Shown in pieces: positions 59,901-64,000 of a DNA stretch of 64,000 nucleotides. The position numbers and the translations under genes were made by a program. This stretch comes from Podarcis gaigeae. Lineage: Eukaryota. The notes under the pieces are model-generated. The model was not told where the DNA came from. It saw only the letters and a list, made by a program, of their open reading frames with translations, and searched no databases. The DNA lies in NCBI GenBank assembly GCA_964106915.2, contig OZ066914.1. The stretch is one strand, 5' to 3'. How positions within the stretch are numbered: position 1 is the first letter of the stretch; the number at the start of each line of letters is the position of its first letter.

Positions 59901-62900
59901 CCTTGTTGTTTACTGAAATGCACTGACATGGAGGGACAAAGTTTGCTCTGCCATGTATACATGTATATACGTTGAATCCATTTAGTAAAAATACAACAGA
60001 AGTACTGGAAATATGAAGGGATTTTTTGGGGGGTAGTTAAATGATATCAGTAGCCCTTCTTACAAGTAATGCTTCCTCAGTTGCTTGGGTCTTTTAAAAT
60101 TGGATTGGGCTGTAGAAGAGGATCTTGCTTTGGAAGGTAAAAGGAATGGGTTTGACCTTCCAGGTCAATTAACTCCCTAACTCGTATAAATCTGTGGGGG
60201 AAAATTCCTTTCCAACCCACGCTGGCAATCTGCTTATATTCTCAGGCATGATGATTGACATCCCTTTTAACCTAGAGAGGCACATATGCAAGTGTTATTC
60301 CTACATACAAATTATAAAAGCATTTTTAAAATTATAAATCTCTCTCAGTTCAGGGAACATATCCAATGGAGTTTCGGAGTCAGCTTCTGGGGAATGGGGA
60401 AGCGAGAAGGGGCTGGAAGCAACAAGAGACAAAAATCCAAGATGGGAGAAGGAGGGGAATTTATTCATTTCTATGAAAAATAGGAATGGTTTGGGGCATT
60501 TATGAAAATGCAGAAGAAAGGAAAGAGAATGGAAGGAACAGAGGGAAATGTAATTAATTACGGAGGAAATTAATATTAAATTTAAATTTTAAAATGCTTG
60601 GGAAATAAATGGATTTTTTAAAAGAGTGGCCTGCTTTCAATCACTTTAAACCATAGGTAAGACTATTATGGCTGAAAGGTGAACTATGATTTACAAGTGT
60701 AAACTTTGCTCCTCTTCTATTCCTGCTGCTGCCATGATGCTGGAAACGTGGCCATAGGCTGGCTTATAGAGCTGCCAGATCAGGAGCACCCCAAACCTGA
60801 GACCTAGGGGTGGCTCCTGGTGATGTCATGTGCAGAGACACACACCCCGGTGATATCACAGGGGGAGGGCCCAGAATAAGAGGTTAATTGGGAAAGGGTA
60901 ATAAATAAAAACAGATCCCACCCACCCTCAGGTCAGACCCTATTGGCTTAGCGTTATGTCTGATTCAGGGCTTGCGATTTGTATACTTGTCAAGCAGTAT
61001 TATACCACTTGAAACAGTCATGACTTCCCCCAAACGAATCCTGGGAAGGGTAGTTTATTAAGGGTGCTGAGAGTTGTTAGGAGTCACCTTGCAGAGCTAC
61101 CATTCCCAGAATTCCCTGGAAAGAGGCATTGATTGTTAAAGCGCTCTGCAAACTAACGGATTAAAAGGCAACGGGCACTGTGTGCCTTCCACAATCGGAA
61201 TAGCTCCTTCATTTCATGGAAGGCTTTAATCCACCTTTTGGCAATTCCCTATCCCTGCAACTCAAGCCCCAGTTCCAGAGGGTCCCTCAACCTCCAGCGC
61301 AGGTTCTCAAAGGTAAACATAGCTGCCAGGATAAGGGGAAAGTTGCATGGGAGTATCATCTGAGCAGAAATCTACTATTGGGATCCAAACCAGTACTTTT
61401 ATTGATCAGCTATTACTGCCCATTCTGCAGTCTTAATGTTTGCCTCAAAAATAGCAGTTATTGTGGGAGTATGAATGCGCATGATGCCACCTCTGCTTCG
61501 GCATTCAAATCCTCAAAACCCACCTTTTCCTGTGAAGCCTTCAACACTAGGCCCCTAGTTCCCATCTCCTACGGAAACTCAGCCTGTAACTAAGCCTCAA
61601 CACATGAAACCTAAATAGTTGCATATCTTTTCCCTGTCCCCGCTTGCTTTTCTTTCCATTGTTGCTTCTTTGTGTTGAATTTTAGACTGCAGGTTCCTCA
61701 GGGTAGGGATCTGCCCATTTGTGATCTGAAAAGCTCCATGCATATCTATGGTGTTATAAAAACAACAGCACAGCAGTGAACCATGGGGTCTCAAATTTCA
61801 GCAGTGCCCTGGGCATGCCAAAATCCAACCCTACCTCCCCCCACCTCTCGGCTTCTTTTCTACCTCATATTTGCAGCAGCTGCTGCGGTGCTCCCAAGAC
61901 TCAGAGGCGTCGCAACGGGGGTGGGGTGGGGGGGCAGTATGCCCTGGGTTCCATGCCTGTGGGGGTGACAAGAAGTCGTCCCGTGGCGGCTTGAGCAGCC
62001 ATCGCTCCGCCATAGCTGCCTTTGGAGGATCCTCTGTTCGCAGCTGCAGCAGAGACAGAGGGATCCCAGCACCATCCATATGGCACTGGAGCGCCACCAG
62101 TGGCAAACCACTATACAGTGCATGTGTGGCATCACTACGTGCGGCGCATGTGCCATATGTAGTGACGCCGGGCATGCGCCCTATGGCATGATGCCTGCCC
62201 CAGGTTCACAATGCCTTCCTTCGCCCCTGCCAAGACTCTGTGCCCAGTGCAACGGAACTAGTCACACGTCCCTAAATCCATCTCTGAATGACACTTAGAT
62301 TTTGCAAGTTATCTTTCTCTTTTTAAATCCTGCTTTGTATAATTTCCCACCAAGGTGCCTCCCCCCCCCCCTTGTCTTTCCTGGATTAGTTACTGTACTG
62401 GGCTTATTCCAGGAAATCCAGAATCAAGTACTGTATTGTATAGGCCGCATGCCCAAGAGTTCGTGATGGCAGCGCTCAAGGTAATCTAGAATAGCAAGAT
62501 TTTCATTGGCAGATCTCGCCAATGGGCTAAAGGGTGTGCATGTTCAGCCCTTCCAAAAATGAACCGTTTGGGCTCAGTCCTAATTATGAACATAGGTGTG
62601 TTTAAGATACAGTCTGCAACTGTTTGACTGTTTCATTTACATTAGAATCATAGAATGATCCTATCACAAGGGCCACCTAGTTCAACCCTTTGCAATGCAG
62701 GAATATTTTTTGCTCAATGTGGGGCTCAAACACACAACCCTGAGATTAAAAGCTTGATTTTATGTATGCATTGAAATTTTTAAAAGGGAGTATATGGGGA
62801 TTGTTATAAGCATTTTCAGAAAATGAAACATAAAAGAGGTCTGCTGCAAGAGATGGCTAAATTTAAGAAAGGACATAGGTTCTGCTTGGCACCTCTGGTA

Positions 62901-64000
62901 TGTGAAGGGGTGCGCACTGGGCACAGTACAGCACTTTTACTGCCCCTGAGCTTAACTTGGTCCAATTGAAATCAATGGGGCCTTAAAGTGTTTCACTGTG
63001 GCTTCCCTGTGCCGCCAATGTTTACCATCCTTTGAAACATAAGTAGTGGGGCGGGGGGGGGGGGAGAAGAGGCTGGCTTCAAGCGAGGTAGAAGCCATAT
63101 CATGAACGTGAATGAACGTTGCTTCCATTAGCCTATTAATGCCGTACAGAATATCTTGAAACTATTTAACACAAATCATCTCAGTGTCAACAACCCATCA
63201 TGGATAAACTATCTAATTAACAGAAGCCATCATACTATTTGGAAGTTGAGTCTTGGCTCAGTTGTTAGAGCAGAAGGGCAATCCTTGATATGCAAAAATT
63301 ATCAAATCAACTTTTTTAAAAATAAAAAAGACTCTACAAAGTAGATTCTGCTGTTTTAAATTAACCCCTCTTCAGCTTGAAATTTTCAGGCTTTTGTTAA
63401 CATTTCCTTAGATATCTCCCTAGTTTCTATTGTGCTGCATATTCAGTTAGAGTTCCCCTCCTCCAATCAATATTAAAGGCTCTGAAAAGTTTACCAGAAG
63501 ATTAAGTTGTCCACTCTTAGATTTACAGTTGTGACCACATGGGTTTGATCCAGACTTTGCCTTTCATGAACAGAAGGCTTCCTTCTATCCCTGGATATCT
63601 TCTGAGTTCTGAGCCCATGGAGGTATCCCAGTAGCAGAAACGGAAGGAGCTGCTCCCATGCTGCCAATGAATATTTTCATGGAGGTCATGGAAGCTTTTG
63701 CTTCAGTTGAATGTTCTCAAGTGGCTTATGTGACCTTGCCTTCATTCTTGGCACTACTGACCGGAGCCCAGTCTAAAATTGCAAGGGGAAAATCAGCTGC
63801 TCAGTGAACTAGGGAGGGGGAAGAAATTTGAGTCCATTCACCTTTAAAGGCACGCCTATCTAATTTGTGCTTTCCAGAACAATACACAAACCGAAACACA
63901 GTTATCCTTCAACATCTGCACTTCTCTGAATTTCACAATGCAGCTCTGCAGCCAAGTTATGTGTACAAAAATGCATTTATTGGAGGAAAATGTTCATTGA

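Noticed and set aside
60252-60260. TGATTGACA, near the PBX-MEIS decamer
   Set aside because: A single 9-mer in 64 kb can occur by chance; no supporting context.
61776-62298. Cluster of overlapping ORFs in a GC-rich patch
   Set aside because: No recognisable protein or splice structure; probably a degraded DNA-transposon remnant whose ends I could not define.

Overview
Squamate reptile genomic DNA, probably a lacertid lizard judging by the Sauria SINE, BovB and MITE content. The only host gene I can support is the 5' end of DPH6 (diphthine--ammonia ligase) on the minus strand. Its coding exons are 39978-40000, 36347-36441 and 34873-35066 (23, 95 and 194 nt, GT-AG junctions, in frame), with a CpG-enriched promoter at about 39.6-40.7 kb. 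Everything left of 34873 appears to be DPH6 intron 3 (I found no exon 4). Everything right of about 40.7 kb is intergenic, with a 220-N gap. The non-coding DNA is dense in transposons: 7 Sauria SINEs in two subfamilies, BovB, other RTE, L2 and CR1 LINE fragments, about 11 TA-flanked Tc1/mariner-pogo MITEs and several hAT MITEs. The most unusual item is a 760-bp solo LTR (17438-18197, 5-bp TSD) inside a MITE. It is almost filled by one intact ORF with an acidic head, a Ser/Gly/Pro linker and an Arg-rich, Rev-like C-terminal motif. A decayed LTR-like element with the same architecture lies at about 30.9-31.4 kb. Repeat-free stretches rich in homeodomain motifs are candidate conserved enhancers; this is inferred from DPH6-MEIS2 synteny and is untested. 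Family names come from sequence recognition, not database searches.
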